Shown here piece after piece: positions 25,731-38,819 of a DNA stretch of 57,168 nucleotides. Source of the DNA: Octopus bimaculoides (taxonomy: Eukaryota); NCBI RefSeq assembly GCF_001194135.2, contig NC_068995.1, positions 22,992,414 through 23,049,581 on the forward strand, in the 5' to 3' direction. How positions within the stretch are numbered: the stretch's first letter is position 1; each line of letters begins with the position of its first letter. The notes beneath the pieces are model-generated. The model did no database searches and was not told the origin of the DNA. It saw only the letters and a program-made list of their open reading frames with translations. The position numbers were made by a program, and so were the translations under genes.

Positions 25731-26109
25731 ATGACTATCTATGAATAGCTCGGGCACGCACAAAATCTAGGATGGTGTCGGACGTGCTGGATGACCACTG
25801 GGAATGAGGAACCCCTCAGCACTTTTTGTAGCATGTCTCTAGATAGCAACTCTCATATAACATCAGATGTGCAGGAAACGGCATTGGACATTTTGGGGAT
25901 CTTTTCTTTATGCTTGAGATCATCGTGCCCGCACATCCCTGTGTCTCGCGGTTCATTTCTGGATAACGTCAATAGAATCATTGAGGTGTCGTGCAAGCCT
26001 TATTGGACCTAAAACTTTGCACATGCATTGCTGAAGTTTTCCTTTACATGTGCATTGCTTCTGTCTTTGTTCTTTTCCTTTTTTTTGTTTTAGATATATA
26101 GTTATGTAT

Positions 26110-28480
26110 ATTTTTATTCGGAAGTCCTGCTGCGATGGGAAGCTGGCGTTTCATGCAAAACTTACAAGTTGGAAGCATCTAGTCAGTGTCCTACACGCAG
26201 GTAGCCTATATTAGATATGAAGTCGTCCCTTTGTCGCCCAAGGCAGCGATAGGATTCGGTTGCTGCATGGGTGTCTGAGCAGCTCCATTTGGGGAAGGCA
26301 CTGCTCATGTAGAGGCCGGGTAGTTTCTAGAAAAGGTGAACCGAAACAATTGCCTGTCTCTCTCTATCTGGTCAGTTTGGCGCGGCTGACCGTTGTCCAT
26401 CCTGCACTCGAAAAGCAAAGAGAATACTTATAGAATTTGATTGGAACTTGAATATTTCATGTTGGAACGTGCGTACTCTGTTGGATAAAATAACGACTGT
26501 AGGCCTGAAAGAGGCACTGCATTTGTTGTTTGCGAGCTGAACCGTTATAACACTTTCAGAGACTCGTGTAGAAGGTGATGGTCAACTTGAAGAAGTAGAA
26601 GATGGATACTTTTTTGTGGAAGGGGAAACGAAGGAGCGCAAAGAGGCTGGTATTGACTTTGGAATTGGATGTGAAAACCTTACGAGTTTGGAGGAGCTTC
26701 TTGTTCCAGTAAATTATTGTCTAATGACTCTACGTTTGCACCTGAGAAGTGGGGGGTTTGCTACTTTAATAAGTGCCTATGCACCTACTTTGACCAGTTG
26801 TGATGAATGCTAACACTACTTTCTATACCCAACTGAGAACCATATTTAGGAGAAACACCAATTCTGATTAAGTCTTTCAGCTAGGAAATTTCAATGCCAG
26901 GGTTGAAACAGGTTGGCAGACGTGGAACTCTCTTGGACGTTTTGGTGTATGGAAAATGAATATCAATGATCTCATGCTTCCGGAGCTTTGGGAGGAATAC
27001 GGACTTTGCATCGCAAGCACATATTTTATGCACAGCGTGGGAAGATGTTCGAGACTAGGTTTTCAATGTGCTGCTGAAAAGCTGGAATACGCTATTGCCA
27101 GACAAAGATTGGTTTGCTGAAAATGATGCTGAAGTTCAGCGACTGTTGTTCGTAATGCGCCATGCCTACAGTGTATTACTGCCCAGAGGACTTTCAACTG
27201 TTCAGCGAAATCTAGCACTTGCCCACTACAGAAGCGTAAAAAGCGTAAAATCACATTGATCTCTGAGGAAGATGCAAAATATCTGGGAGGAGCTTGTCGT
27301 GATGCTCAGACTGCTGCTGGTGCAAATGACAGAAAGAATCTTTACTATCTTATGAAGCAAGTTTATTGGCCTAAGTCTTCTACTCTGTTTACTAGATCAA
27401 CAGATGTTATGGGTTGCTGGAGTGAACATTTTTCTGAACTCATAAACCATGAGTCATTTGTGGATGAAGCAGAGACCTGTCATTAGTTCCTTCAACTTCA
27501 CGCACGCAATACACGAGATCATGACAGCAATAAGTAAGCTAAGTCTTAGTAAAGCACCTGGTAAGGATAGTATTTGTGTTGAGTTCTTGCGATTTGGTGG
27601 TGATCACATCACACAATCCCTTCATGAACTTATTAACGTAATCTGGAGGGATGGTGAAACGCCTAAGAACTGGAAGAATACAATATTTCTTCCTCTCTAT
27701 AAAGGAAAGCGAGGTAGAGTAGAGTGTGACAGCTGCTGGCAAGGTTCTGGTAAGTATTCTCCTTGCCCGCCTGAATGGGTGTCTTGTAAATGATGTCCTA
27801 TCTGAATCTCAATGCGGTTTCCGATATGGAAGAGAAACGCGGGATATGATTTTCACAGCGAGACAGATGCAGAAGTGCTATGAGCAGAATATGGATTTTG
27901 TCCAGGTATTCATTGATTTAACTAAGGCCTTTGATACTGTAAATAGGGCTTCCCTATGGAAAATATTTCACAAACTTGGATGTCCGGATCACTTGGTATC
28001 AATAATCAAATTATTTCATCATGGGATGGAGGCTTGGGTCAGTGTTGGTGGTGGCATAGCAGGACCCTAAACAGATGCTATATGGGGAACTTGTTAATGG
28101 AAAACGACTCCGGCGGAAGCCAAGGCGGCGATTTAAGGACTGCGTAAACTCCTTATTAAAGGCCTGTGAAATGTGGGAGGCTGACTGAGAGAACAATGCT
28201 TACCATCGACACCGATGGTGGAAACAAGTAAAGGAGGGAGTCGATACCTTTGAAAGAACACGTATTTTTCATGAAGAATTTAAGCGTGCCGCTCGAAAAC
28301 GCACTGCTAGTGTAATGAATGGGGAAAGCTTGGTCTGGAATGTTTGCAGTCGTGTATGTTTTTAAAGAGCAGGGCTCGTTAGTCACCAACGGAGCCGCAA
28401 GTGTAAAATATAAGGTAGTCTTGACAATGTTCCTAAAAGTCATCAATACTTTTCTTCGGCCACGAGTGGATGGCCATCAT
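26110..28480 (+). mobile_element. RTE-clade LINE (5' UTR, APE endonuclease, RT with internal deletion, C-terminus), decayed
   Basis: APE start LNISCWNVRTLL, ISAYAPTLTS, LGNFNARV; RT LSKAPGKDSI, ESQCGFRYGRETRDMIFTARQ, VFIDLTKAFDTVNR; C-terminal QMLYGEL..GKR; ends TCTTCGGCCACGAGTGGATGGCCATCAT. The YADD region is missing (deletion near 28070). Confidence 0.92.
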
Positions 28481-29029
28481 GTATGTGTGTATCCAAGTTC
28501 ACACACATGCAATATTTACATTTGTGGCTGGTAGTGCAATGACCTCCAATATTTTCTCAACAGGACTAATGATTTTGTACCTTAGCTTTGCACATTTGAT
28601 AAATAGTAACTGTTATTAATGCGGAACGTGGTAAACTAGCTATCTCTCTTCTATATGGTTAGTTATTCATTATATTGTATGTTATGTAGACTATTTCTAA
28701 ATTCTTCTAGATGTTCTAGCAATCCTCTAGTATCTAGAAAGAAATAATTTAAATAATTTCTCAAGACTGTTTTTAGATGTAATCGTTTTAAGTTATACTA
28801 TAAAAGAAGTATTGTTCACCTCTCTGTTGTAAGTTACATTACTTATAAAAGAATATTTTATATTTTCGAAATTGGGTTTCAGTAGGTCTAAACATTAGTT
28901 ATATCAAGAGATATATAGCTTTTTCATACGATATATGGATCAATAGCAAAATTTAGCAAAACATTCATTTTATAATATTAAACTAAAAGTGCAATGGAAT
29001 TCAGACATTGCTTCAGGCTTTGAGATTCA

Positions 29030-29657
29030 CACTATCGATCATTTTGAGGATTCGTGTGTAAACTGACAATATAGGTGAAGACACGGACAATATATGTGAC
29101 TAGACTTCAAACTCTTGGTTTTGGATGCACAGACAAAGGAGACGGATCAACTGTGAATAATGGATAGTGTGTTGCAAATGAGATTGATTAGAAAAGTAGA
29201 ATTAAAGATAAGAATGAAATTCGGAGGATTTACCGAAAACGTTGCTAGTAATGATAAGGTGTGGGTCATTGACTAATTTATTTAGAAAGTCATTTGATAA
29301 ATGCGTGATTACTGAAGTAAATTCGATGATTGGGGTTATCAAATAGGATGAAATGTTCAGTTGTACATAGGATACAGTCATCTATGAGGCGACCCAATAG
29401 TTATGGGCTCGGTCTGGTAAACTGATTAAAATCGCGATGTAGTTAACAAATAGGATTGCGTATGAGGTAAATTCTCGTTCCCATCGTGACCACATACCTC
29501 TGTACACAGATTTCGCTCATGAAATAGAAGTCTGAGAAAATAATCAGCCGGGTGGCGAAGCTGTACCTGTTAGTTTAGAAGAGGAATTTAAAAATTGATT
29601 CAAGAAATAGTTAGGAGCCAGGGAACCGTCGACGTGTGTTCATGTGTGCATGTGTAT

Positions 29658-29698
<41 letters not shown>

Positions 29699-29930
29699 NN
29701 NNNNNNNNNNNNNNNNNNNNNNNNNNNNNNNNNNNNNNNNNNNNNNNNNNNNNNNNNNNNNNNNNNNNNNNNNNNNNNNNNNNNNNNNNNNNNNNNNNNN
29801 NNNNNNNNNNNNNNNNNNNNNNNNNNNNNNNNNNNNNNNNNNNNNNNNNNNNNNNNNNNNNNNNNNNNNNNNNNNNNNNNNNTGTGTATGAGTGTGTGTG
29901 TGTGTGTGCGTGCATGTGTGTGTGTGTGTC

Positions 29931-29970
<40 letters not shown>

Positions 29971-30420
29971 GGGGTCACTGTATATAGGGATTTAATGAGG
30001 AGGAGAGCGGGATAGCTGAAGAGATGGAAAATGACAAGAAGAATAGAAAAGCATCTGTAGTGTCATGATGCAAAAACAAACAAACAAAAAAGGTGCCGGC
30101 AGATTAATATAGAAAGATGAGGGTGAGATACTGAGGTATTAGTTGGCAGTTGTAGGCGGAGAATATGGTGAGTTCAGGACTATCGGGCTTATGAAAGTTC
30201 GTGAAGGAATAGATGGTATTTGGACAATGGCATTACTGACTGTGTCGGGTGGGAGACGGAGACGAGCTGATGGATAGTGAAGAACGTATGTTGTACATAA
30301 ATAAATATGGATTCGGAGATTTATAGGCTATAGAAAGCGGGGTTGCGAAGCTATCAGAGAGTATCTTCCCTTCAGAGATCGCCAAAACATAACACTACAA
30401 CTCCATTTTCAACCGCTTCT
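29030..30420 (-). mobile_element. PLE reverse-transcriptase remnant interrupted by (TG)n and a gap
   Basis: In order on the minus strand: HKPDSP..IFSAYNC, IKSLYTVTP, TMGTRI..SYAILFV, GRLIDDCI (RYIDD-like), VFGKSSEFHSYL, TIHYSQLIRL. These are PLE RT motifs. Confidence 0.8.
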
Positions 30421-30639
30421 ATGGCAATTCCGTACCCGTGCTAGAGGTTGTGGTGAATTGAGAATTCGGCACATATGACGTGACGCTGAAGAAGTTTGTA
30501 GAAGCAAAGTCGGATCCGTGAGGTTACGCATGGTTTGCTACATAATTAGGGCTGCTGTAGTGGCCTGGTGGCATCTCGTTGCTTAGTATGTATATTCCGG
30601 CAAGGAATGCATTTTGTTTGCATTTCTCTTACAGCTGGA

Positions 30640-31080
30640 GAACTCGCGTATTTTTATTTACAACTCGGTAACCTAAACGTTCGGTAATATGAGAAGTGTG
30701 GATCAGGAACCAAAATTAAAAGCAGCACTGAATATTATTTAATTGAATAAACCTATTCAAAAGCGTGTCCAGCATGGCGGTAAGTTCAATGAACGATAAA
30801 ATAAAAGAATAAAAAGAAATGAATGCATATATACGTCAGACTAACAGACCTGGCCATTCCATACTCTCCGCATGGAACTACCCCAACGGACTGATACTTC
30901 GAACGTACCTCGGCTGTATCCTTTCATCCCGTGTCGGTGAAAAAGGTCAAGTCACAGCTGCAACTTTTGGGCTTCAGTCCCGCAATGTTGCACTGTGAGC
31001 AAATGTTATAAACTATAACTCCGAGACGGGGGCAATATTGTAGGTGGAAACTATGTTGAACCACATCGTCTATATATGTA

Positions 31081-31175
<95 letters not shown>

Positions 31176-31390
31176 GATAATATGTGTACGCATCTTGTGT
31201 TTTTCCTCCAATTGGTTGACCCTCGGTGCTGGTATGTATATATCACCCGTAATTTAGCGCTTCGGCAAAATGAACCAATAAAATAAGTAGCCGACTTTAA
31301 AAAATAGCATGGAGTCTATTTAACCACATTATTCCTAGTGATACATCAAGATGGCCACTGTCCAATTGCTGAAACAAGTAAAAGATAAAA
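30640..31390 (+). mobile_element. Diverged family A SINE remnants (tail ~30640-30820; head-to-tail copy ~30945-31390 with long (TG)n)
   Basis: Recognisable blocks GGGCTTCAGTCCC, CGTAATTTAGCGCTTCGGCAAAA and CTGAAACAAGTAAAAGA. Confidence 0.7.
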
Positions 31391-31974
31391 ACAGTTACAG
31401 ACTTGCAGATAGATAGATAAAATAGATACATAATATTTTTTTTTATTCTGAATATATGAGCAGATTATTTATAGTTTGACTTCATTACTGTTATAATAAC
31501 TATTAACGTCAAAGTGTATTTATTCCTAAGCATTGGCAGTTTAACAGTTTTTTGCTTTTATTCCCATAAACTACTCACCTGCATAACTATATGGCATTTT
31601 CGTTTAATTGCAGGCCATCTAACATTGTCGTAATAATACTTCATACTTTAGACCTCATTGTGATATTATCTTCTTTCCCAAGTATTCCTTTTTTTTTCTC
31701 TAAAATGTTAAGATACATTTTAAGATGAGATGAGGTTATTCTTTCTCGAAAACTAAAGTGATCTAGACAAAGATCTTGGTAGTTATTTTGTGGAAAATAT
31801 AGCGGAAAAAATTGGGTTTAGCTGAAATTGTTATATGGCGCGCCAGGTTGATTTGAAATTTGATCCATATATTGGCTTCAAATTTTGTCACAAGGCCGGC
31901 AATTTCTGAGGAGATAGATGGATAGGTAGTTTTTATTCTGAACATATTAAGAGATTAATCTTTTTTGACTAAGT

Positions 31975-32139
31975 AGATTAAATCGACCCTAGTGCTCAAC
32001 TGGAACTTACTTTATCGTTCACTAAAAGATGAAAGGCAAAATCAACCACGGCGCAATTTGAACACAGAAGTTAAAGATGAACGAAATGCCGTTAAGTATT
32101 TAATCCGGCATGCTAATGATTCTGCCACTTCATCGCCTT
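31975..32139 (-). mobile_element. tRNA-derived SINE family B
   Basis: Homologous to 35750-35926 and 34021-34178. Confidence 0.75.
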
Positions 32140-34020
32140 AATCTGATTTATATATTGCAGTTTATATATGAAAGCGGCGACCGCTCTTAAATGAAAGGGA
32201 ACAGATATGATCCTAAGATTAAATACTTTTTATTGTTACAAAATGATGTTGCGTGATATTCGGGTTCTGGAGAACGATATTATCCATTAATGACTCTTGC
32301 AAATTTGGCCGGACTTGTACTAGAACGATATTTCTTATTCTATGGATCTCAGTCATTAATCTTATAAAATCAAATGTGTCTTGCGAGTACAAGATTTTCT
32401 GTGATGAAATATATTAAACTTAATTATCTACGATGCCAGGAGGGACGGGTGTTAATATGTAAATACATGCATATTCGCATGCTCATCTTCAATAATAGCA
32501 TGATTATATTTGGTATTTTTTTTTTCATTATTTCGAGTTGTTATAGTTCAGTATATATGCTTTGCATTTTCTTATTGTTCTTTAGTTACCACATATAGCA
32601 TGTTAATGTTTATAGTTATTCGCAACAGTCAACTGTAAATATGATTAAAACACGTTCTCTTGAGTGTATGCTTGACAGGCAAACGAAGAGAAATATTACA
32701 TACACATATATTTTCTTTTTTCCAACGAAAGAAAGTGAAGAAACGCAAGGTTTAGTGTATTGTTTATTCGCGGTATTTTTGTATGCTGGTCTGTTTTCGT
32801 TGGCAACTAATTTAGCGAATTACCATAATTCATTTTCTCTGATCATGGCACTTACTTTGCATGCAAGAAATAAACTTAAAGAGAAATCCCTAAAGATTGC
32901 ATAATCAAATGAACGTTGTAGCCAATTAGAATATCTGTCTGAAGGTTTGAAAGAAACTTGGGGCTATTTATATGCCAATGAGCCTAAGGTATTCAGGAAT
33001 GTGGAACTATTTATTTATTTATTTTAACTCTTTGTGTTTCTTCTGTAAAGTGTTTACTCTGCAGATTAACTAAATAATCGAGAAAGCTTTTTACTAATTG
33101 ATAACTATTTCTGCATTCTGCGACAATTTCTCTGCGTTTCGAATCTCAAAGAGGCGAGATTGCCTGTTTCATATCCATCAACGTTTGAAGTTATTTTAAT
33201 GTATCACTTGTAGGTAAATATTCATAGATTTTAGCCAACGATGTGGATAGTTTCAATTTTGTATATGTATTTCATTGGTGAGCGAAAGTCCGTTGAAGTA
33301 TCTACAGTTCACTACTTAAACACGCATCACGTGAATTATATAAATGGGAAAGAGCAAATTGCATAGATGATATTGGTATTTTGTTGAACTAATAATTTAC
33401 TGGAATTGATTGATAAACGATTTAACATTTTTGTATTTCCTAGATACTATTATACAATATGGAAATTAAGTTAAATTAATAACGAAAAGCAATAAATAAC
33501 TTTCAAATGTATGGAAACCTTGTTTCTCCCCGTGTGTTTCTTGGCAATATTTGGTGGTGTTTGAAGTGATACAGGAATACTGTAGGAGAATTTTTGTTTA
33601 TAACTATAATGTGGTCAAATAAATTTTTAACTAAGATAAAGAAAATATTTTTGCTTATACTGAAATAATGCTATTTACTCTCCAGAATGTCTTTGCTTAT
33701 AATATAAACCTTATTCTCTGAATATTTTAGGAAACCGGTCGTATTCTCCTTCAGTAATATTTCTTATTGAAGGTGATTAAAATAATTCAGAAATGTTTGC
33801 ACATTAGATTTACTATGGCATGTAATTTTAAACAAATACTAAGAAAAAAAGAGCTTAAAGAATATATCCAACATACTTTTTTATATTTCTATTTCTGATT
33901 AGAAGAGGCATTAAATAGATACATATTTAAGTTTGTGAAGGAATATTTTTTCCGATATTATTTTTCTTATCTATATATTTTATAATTCTTTCTACTATAG
34001 GCTCATAGTCTGAAATTTTG

Positions 34021-34178
34021 GCAGAGGAGATAGTTGTTTACAACGCGTCCAGTACTCAAATTGTACTTATTTTATAGACTCTGAAAGGATAAGTCGACTC
34101 GGTGGAATTTGAACTCAAAAGTCGGACGAAATGCTGCTAATATTTTGCCTGGTGTGCTACAGATTCTGCCAGTTCGCA
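34021..34178 (-). mobile_element. tRNA-derived SINE family B
   Basis: AAAGTCGACTCGGTGGAATTTGAACTCA block (reverse-complement B-box-like GAGTTCAAATTCC). Confidence 0.8.
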
Positions 34179-34642
34179 TTTTTTTCTTTCTGTTTTTTTT
34201 TTTTTCATATAAAGAATAAACGGGAGACATAAAGAGAAACGCTGAACGTGTGGTAGAGTCTGATAATAGCTTGGAGGTGTGTATGTGTATTGACATGGAA
34301 GATAGTTGAATTCAGAATAGTAAGGAGATATAATTGCATATATTGCTTGCTGAAGTTTATTTGAAAGAATTGAGCGGGTGGGGGAACGTAAGTGTGTTCT
34401 ACAATGTACAGGCACCATAATTTATCACGAACTTGTATAATATTCAGTAACGTTGAAGTCAGATAGATTTAGACGTCGAACGATTTGTCAGATAAAATGC
34501 TGATAATCCTGAGCACCAATTAGGCACTAAATAAGAAGACTTTATGGAAATGTAGGGAAACTTGGAAATGGTGACAAATAGATTTACTCTTGTGTATCAT
34601 TGTAGCACATTCCAAATGGACCTTCTGAGAAATAATGGAATC

Positions 34643-35489
34643 GGATCTAGTTCAAAACGGGGGCACCAGTATTTTCTTAACGAAACACTTTGAAACTTGG
34701 GACACTGGTAGAATGTGTTATATAAAACATCTTTTTCTCTTAGTCTCCTTAAGAAAAATTATTATATTGCAATTTATTTCATGTTAAAGTTGTCGTATTT
34801 CTGTAATTTCAACCAATGACTGACGTCCATTCAGCCGAATACATTAAGTGCTGACTACATAAACAAACGATTCTCAAACGATTCTGGCGGTGATAAAATT
34901 ATTATTTCCTTGTCAAAAAATGGCTGAAGCATATTGGCAGTAGCTAATAAACCTTTCTATTNNNNNNNNNNNNNNNNNNNNNNNNNNNNNNNNNNNNNNN
35001 NNNNNNNNNNNNNNNNNNNNNNNNNNNNNNNNNNNNNNNNNNNNNNNNNNNNNNNNNNNNNNNNNNNNNNNNNNNNNNNNNNNNNNNNNNNNNNNNNNNN
35101 NNNNNNNNNNNNNNNNNNNNNNNNNNNNNNNNNNNNNNNNNNNNNNNNNNNNNNNNNNNNNNNNNNNNNNNNNNNNNNNNNNNNNNNNNNNNNNNNNNNN
35201 NNNNNNNNNNNNNNNNNNNNNNNNNNNNNNNNNNNNNNNNNNNNNNNNNNNNNNNNNNNNNNNNNNNNNNNNNNNNNNNNNNNNNNNNNNNNNNNNNNNN
35301 NNNNNNNNNNNNNNNNNNNNNNNNNNNNNNNNNNNNNNNNNNNNNNNNNNNNNNNNNNNNNNNNNNNNNNNNNNNNNNNNNNNNNNNNNNNNNNNNNNGA
35401 TAAGTATACGGAGTTTGAAAGTCTTTCGGTACCAAAAGCACTACATAAAACATAAATGAAAACTGATGCCCCCGTTTTGAACTAGATCC
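34643..35489. mobile_element. Non-autonomous TIR element (MITE) with 28-bp TIRs and 8-bp TSD; Merlin-like or hAT
   Basis: Left TIR GGATCTAGTTCAAAACGGGGGCACCAGT (34643-34670); right TIR 35462-35489 matches 27/28; TSD ATGGAATC at 34635-34642 and 35490-35497; interior gap 34962-35398. Confidence 0.9.
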
Positions 35490-35733
35490 ATGGAATCTTC
35501 TAAGGGAAGGTGTAGTTAGTAAAACAAGATACTAGAACGCTGTAGAATAAATTTATTTTCTCTTCTACTCTAGTTTGAAAGTCTTTCGGTACCAGAAACA
35601 CTACATAAATCATAAATGAAAACTGATGCCCCCGTTTTGAACTAGATCCATGGAATCTTCTAAGGGAAGGTGTAGTTAGTAAAATAAGATACTAGAACGC
35701 TGTAGAATAAATTTATTTTCTCTTCTACTCTAG
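35412..35733 (+). repeat. 160-bp tandem duplication spanning the MITE right TIR, TSD and flank
   Basis: Units begin at 35412 and 35572; about 4 substitutions. Confidence 0.95.
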
Positions 35734-35749
35734 ACCCCAAATTTGGGGA

Positions 35750-35926
35750 GAGGTGATCATTCGATTTGATCGACCCCAGTATGCAACTGGTACTTAATTT
35801 ATCAACCACCAAAGGATGAAAGTTAAAGTCGAACTCGACGGAATTTAAACTCAGAACGTATAGACAGACAATATACTGCTAAACATTTCGCCCGGCGTGC
35901 TAACGTTTCTGCCAGCTCGCCACCTT
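35750..35926 (-). mobile_element. tRNA-derived SINE family B (best-preserved copy)
   Basis: Reverse complement reads AAGGTGGCGAGCTGGCAGAAACGTTAGCACGCCGGGCGAAATG...CTGAGTTTAAATTCCGTCGAG (tRNA-like head). Confidence 0.85.
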
Positions 35927-36906
35927 GCTGTAAGACATATTTTATTGAAAGGATATTTATGTGTACGCAAAGTACTGTAGGACACATATTCGAGCGGCGC
36001 TTGTTAAATAAGGCATTTCATTTACAAAGTGTTTGATTCGAATGATTTTACATGACTGTAATCATTAACACTGAAGTGAAGTTGAATGCTGGATATTTAC
36101 ATTCGTGTTACATTCTTCAAAGCAAATACTCTTAATTTCTGCCATCTTTCCCTAATTGGAACCAGGGTTTGTAAGGGGGAAAAGGAGAATTTTTGCCAGA
36201 ATTCTTTGAAGAGGTTTCAATCAAGAAATGTCACCTTTGTTAATTAGATGTTTATATAGGTGTCATGTAATATAAATTATTCTGTAGAATTGATGTACAT
36301 GTTCTGTCTATTTGTCAATGAAAAGGTTTACGTATAAAAAATAATAAACTATTCTTCTCAGTAAATTTCCTTTCGTAAATTGTGATTAAACTTACGTAAC
36401 CGAAGAAAGACATCATGTTTATTATTACCTTGATTAGACATTTTAGGATGAATACCACTGATTATTAGCTTTTTCCCTGCTCACAAAACGAAATACACTT
36501 GTGGTTAAATTTTTTTGAAAATGGGTGGCAAAACCTCAAACTAGATCGCTCACTGTGGTGCAAGAAGTCGTTCCAACAAAATCGTATCTAGCATGAAGAG
36601 CTGAAGAGATATGTTTGTGTGTTGATGTGACTTAACCTGAGTATACCAACACACAAATTAACATGGAACAAATATGAACGTGTCTGTCTTAGGAAAGCAG
36701 GCTTTAAAATCCCTCAAAGTATCCACCTACACACAGGAAAGCTTTACATTGTACACATGCAGCAAGAGGCATAAGTGTATAAATCACTAGTAGGCCTCAA
36801 AAGTCACATCTGCGCTGATCACCTTTCAGAAAACAAGCGGTGTCATTATACAAATTAATTTCAAACCATCGTGTATGTACGCATATATATATATATATGT
36901 GTGTGT

Positions 36907-36979
<73 letters not shown>

Positions 36980-37398
36980 TGTGCGTGTGTGTTTACACAA
37001 AATTCGTATTACGATAATTATCATATTGTAAGGATAAAGAAAGTTAACTTTCTTAGGGTTTATTGTTTTGCGTACATTAATTGTCCGACTGTCTGTCGTC
37101 GCATTCACAGATTTTGGTTACAAATAAGCCTGTGATTGTATAGTCCTACGTTAGAAGCTTTTACATCGATAGTAATCATGTGTTTGTTTTAATCATACAT
37201 TTTATATCCATTATCACATTGTACAATATGAACTTTTCTACATTTTTGGTGGAAACTTGCTTGCTTTTTTCACTTAGTAACGACACTATGTATAATTCCT
37301 GCTCAGGACCCATTTTAGTAAATCTATTGATAAATAGCTGATATACACTCCACATATTTTTCGAGAAGAATTAATCACAACGATTCAATATTGGGAAT

Positions 37399-37560
37399 AC
37401 GGCAACGGGCTGACTGAATCGTTCGTATCCTGATCAAAATTGTGGCATTTTGTCCATCTCTACGTTCTGAGTTCAAATTCCGATCGGGTCTACTTTGTTT
37501 TTCATCCTTTCGGTGCCGATAAAAGTAGCAGTCGATGTAATTGATCTAACCCCTCCTCCC
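37399..37560 (+). mobile_element. tRNA-derived SINE family B
   Basis: ACGTTCTGAGTTCAAATTCC...TTTCATCCTTTCGG block. Confidence 0.8.
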
Positions 37561-38819
37561 AATTGGCTCACCTTGTACCAAAACTTGAAATCAATATTTG
37601 AATTGATAGCTGCTTTTTATTATTATATATTTCTATTCTCTTTACATTATATAATGAAGTATTTTGAATACTTGAAACATAAACAGATCAGAGCTGCAAA
37701 TTACCTAACTGTATGCGACTTTTGCTTGAGTAGTTCATAGTCACGCTGCGTGACATTAATATTTCTTTAGATGTATTGTTTTAAACTGTCTTACATTCTA
37801 ACTAGATGTTTATGATAATATATGCATTAGATATGTTTTCCGGAAGAGTAAACGCGATACAGCGTTTAATGAATTACCAACTTTTCCAACTGAGGATATC
37901 CGTATCACGAAATGGAAATTGAATAATGAAGTATATATAGCGACATTTAAATTTTTGAATATTCTGAAGTAAACGATTCTCATTTCAAATTAGTTAAATC
38001 AAATTGTTCCCTAAATTCATTTCATTGGATATTTAATTAGAAAAAGTTAAGAAAACAAATGTAAATACGCTTCAATTAAATCTAAATCTCTATATAATTA
38101 CAAAGAAAAAACAGACATTATGAACCAACATTGTATATATTTCATTCCTTGATAGTAGTATTCCTGTCAGTAACCCTTTATCAATTGCGCTGAAACCTGT
38201 ACTTAAACGCGCAACATTATTATCTAAACTTGATAGGATTAGGCATATGCAAATCGAGCTTAGCTAGAGATACACCAACATTCTTTTCAATTAATGTATT
38301 ATCATATAACAAATATATATGATACTAGTGTTGCGAACATTGGGTTAACGTTCAGAACGTAGTACGTTGCGAAGGTACAATTTGATACTTTTTACGTCGC
38401 AGGAAGTTTATAATGTTTAATTTGATATCAGTGAAAGCTTACATATTCCGATATAGCACTTTATAGTTAGATAGGTCATGCTGGAAGTTAAGATAAAATT
38501 ACATAAAAATAACTATATACGTGACAGGATTTTTCTCTACAATTAATAATTTATGAATTCCAATATCTCGAGTATAATAAAATGATATCTGACGATAAAT
38601 CGAGTTTGCAATTTATGAGTACACCAATTTTGACATTAGAGAACTCACCACAGTAGAACACAATTTAAATTTTATGCTCTCGTTAAATCAGAATTAGTGT
38701 ATATCATCCAGGGTTGAGTCAATTTTTCTGTTTGTATTGAGAAGTTCCAAAGGAAGGTGGCGCCCTCGCCATTTACTACATCCTCTAGATGGTGTCTCTA
38801 CCATTTATCATCTGATTAA

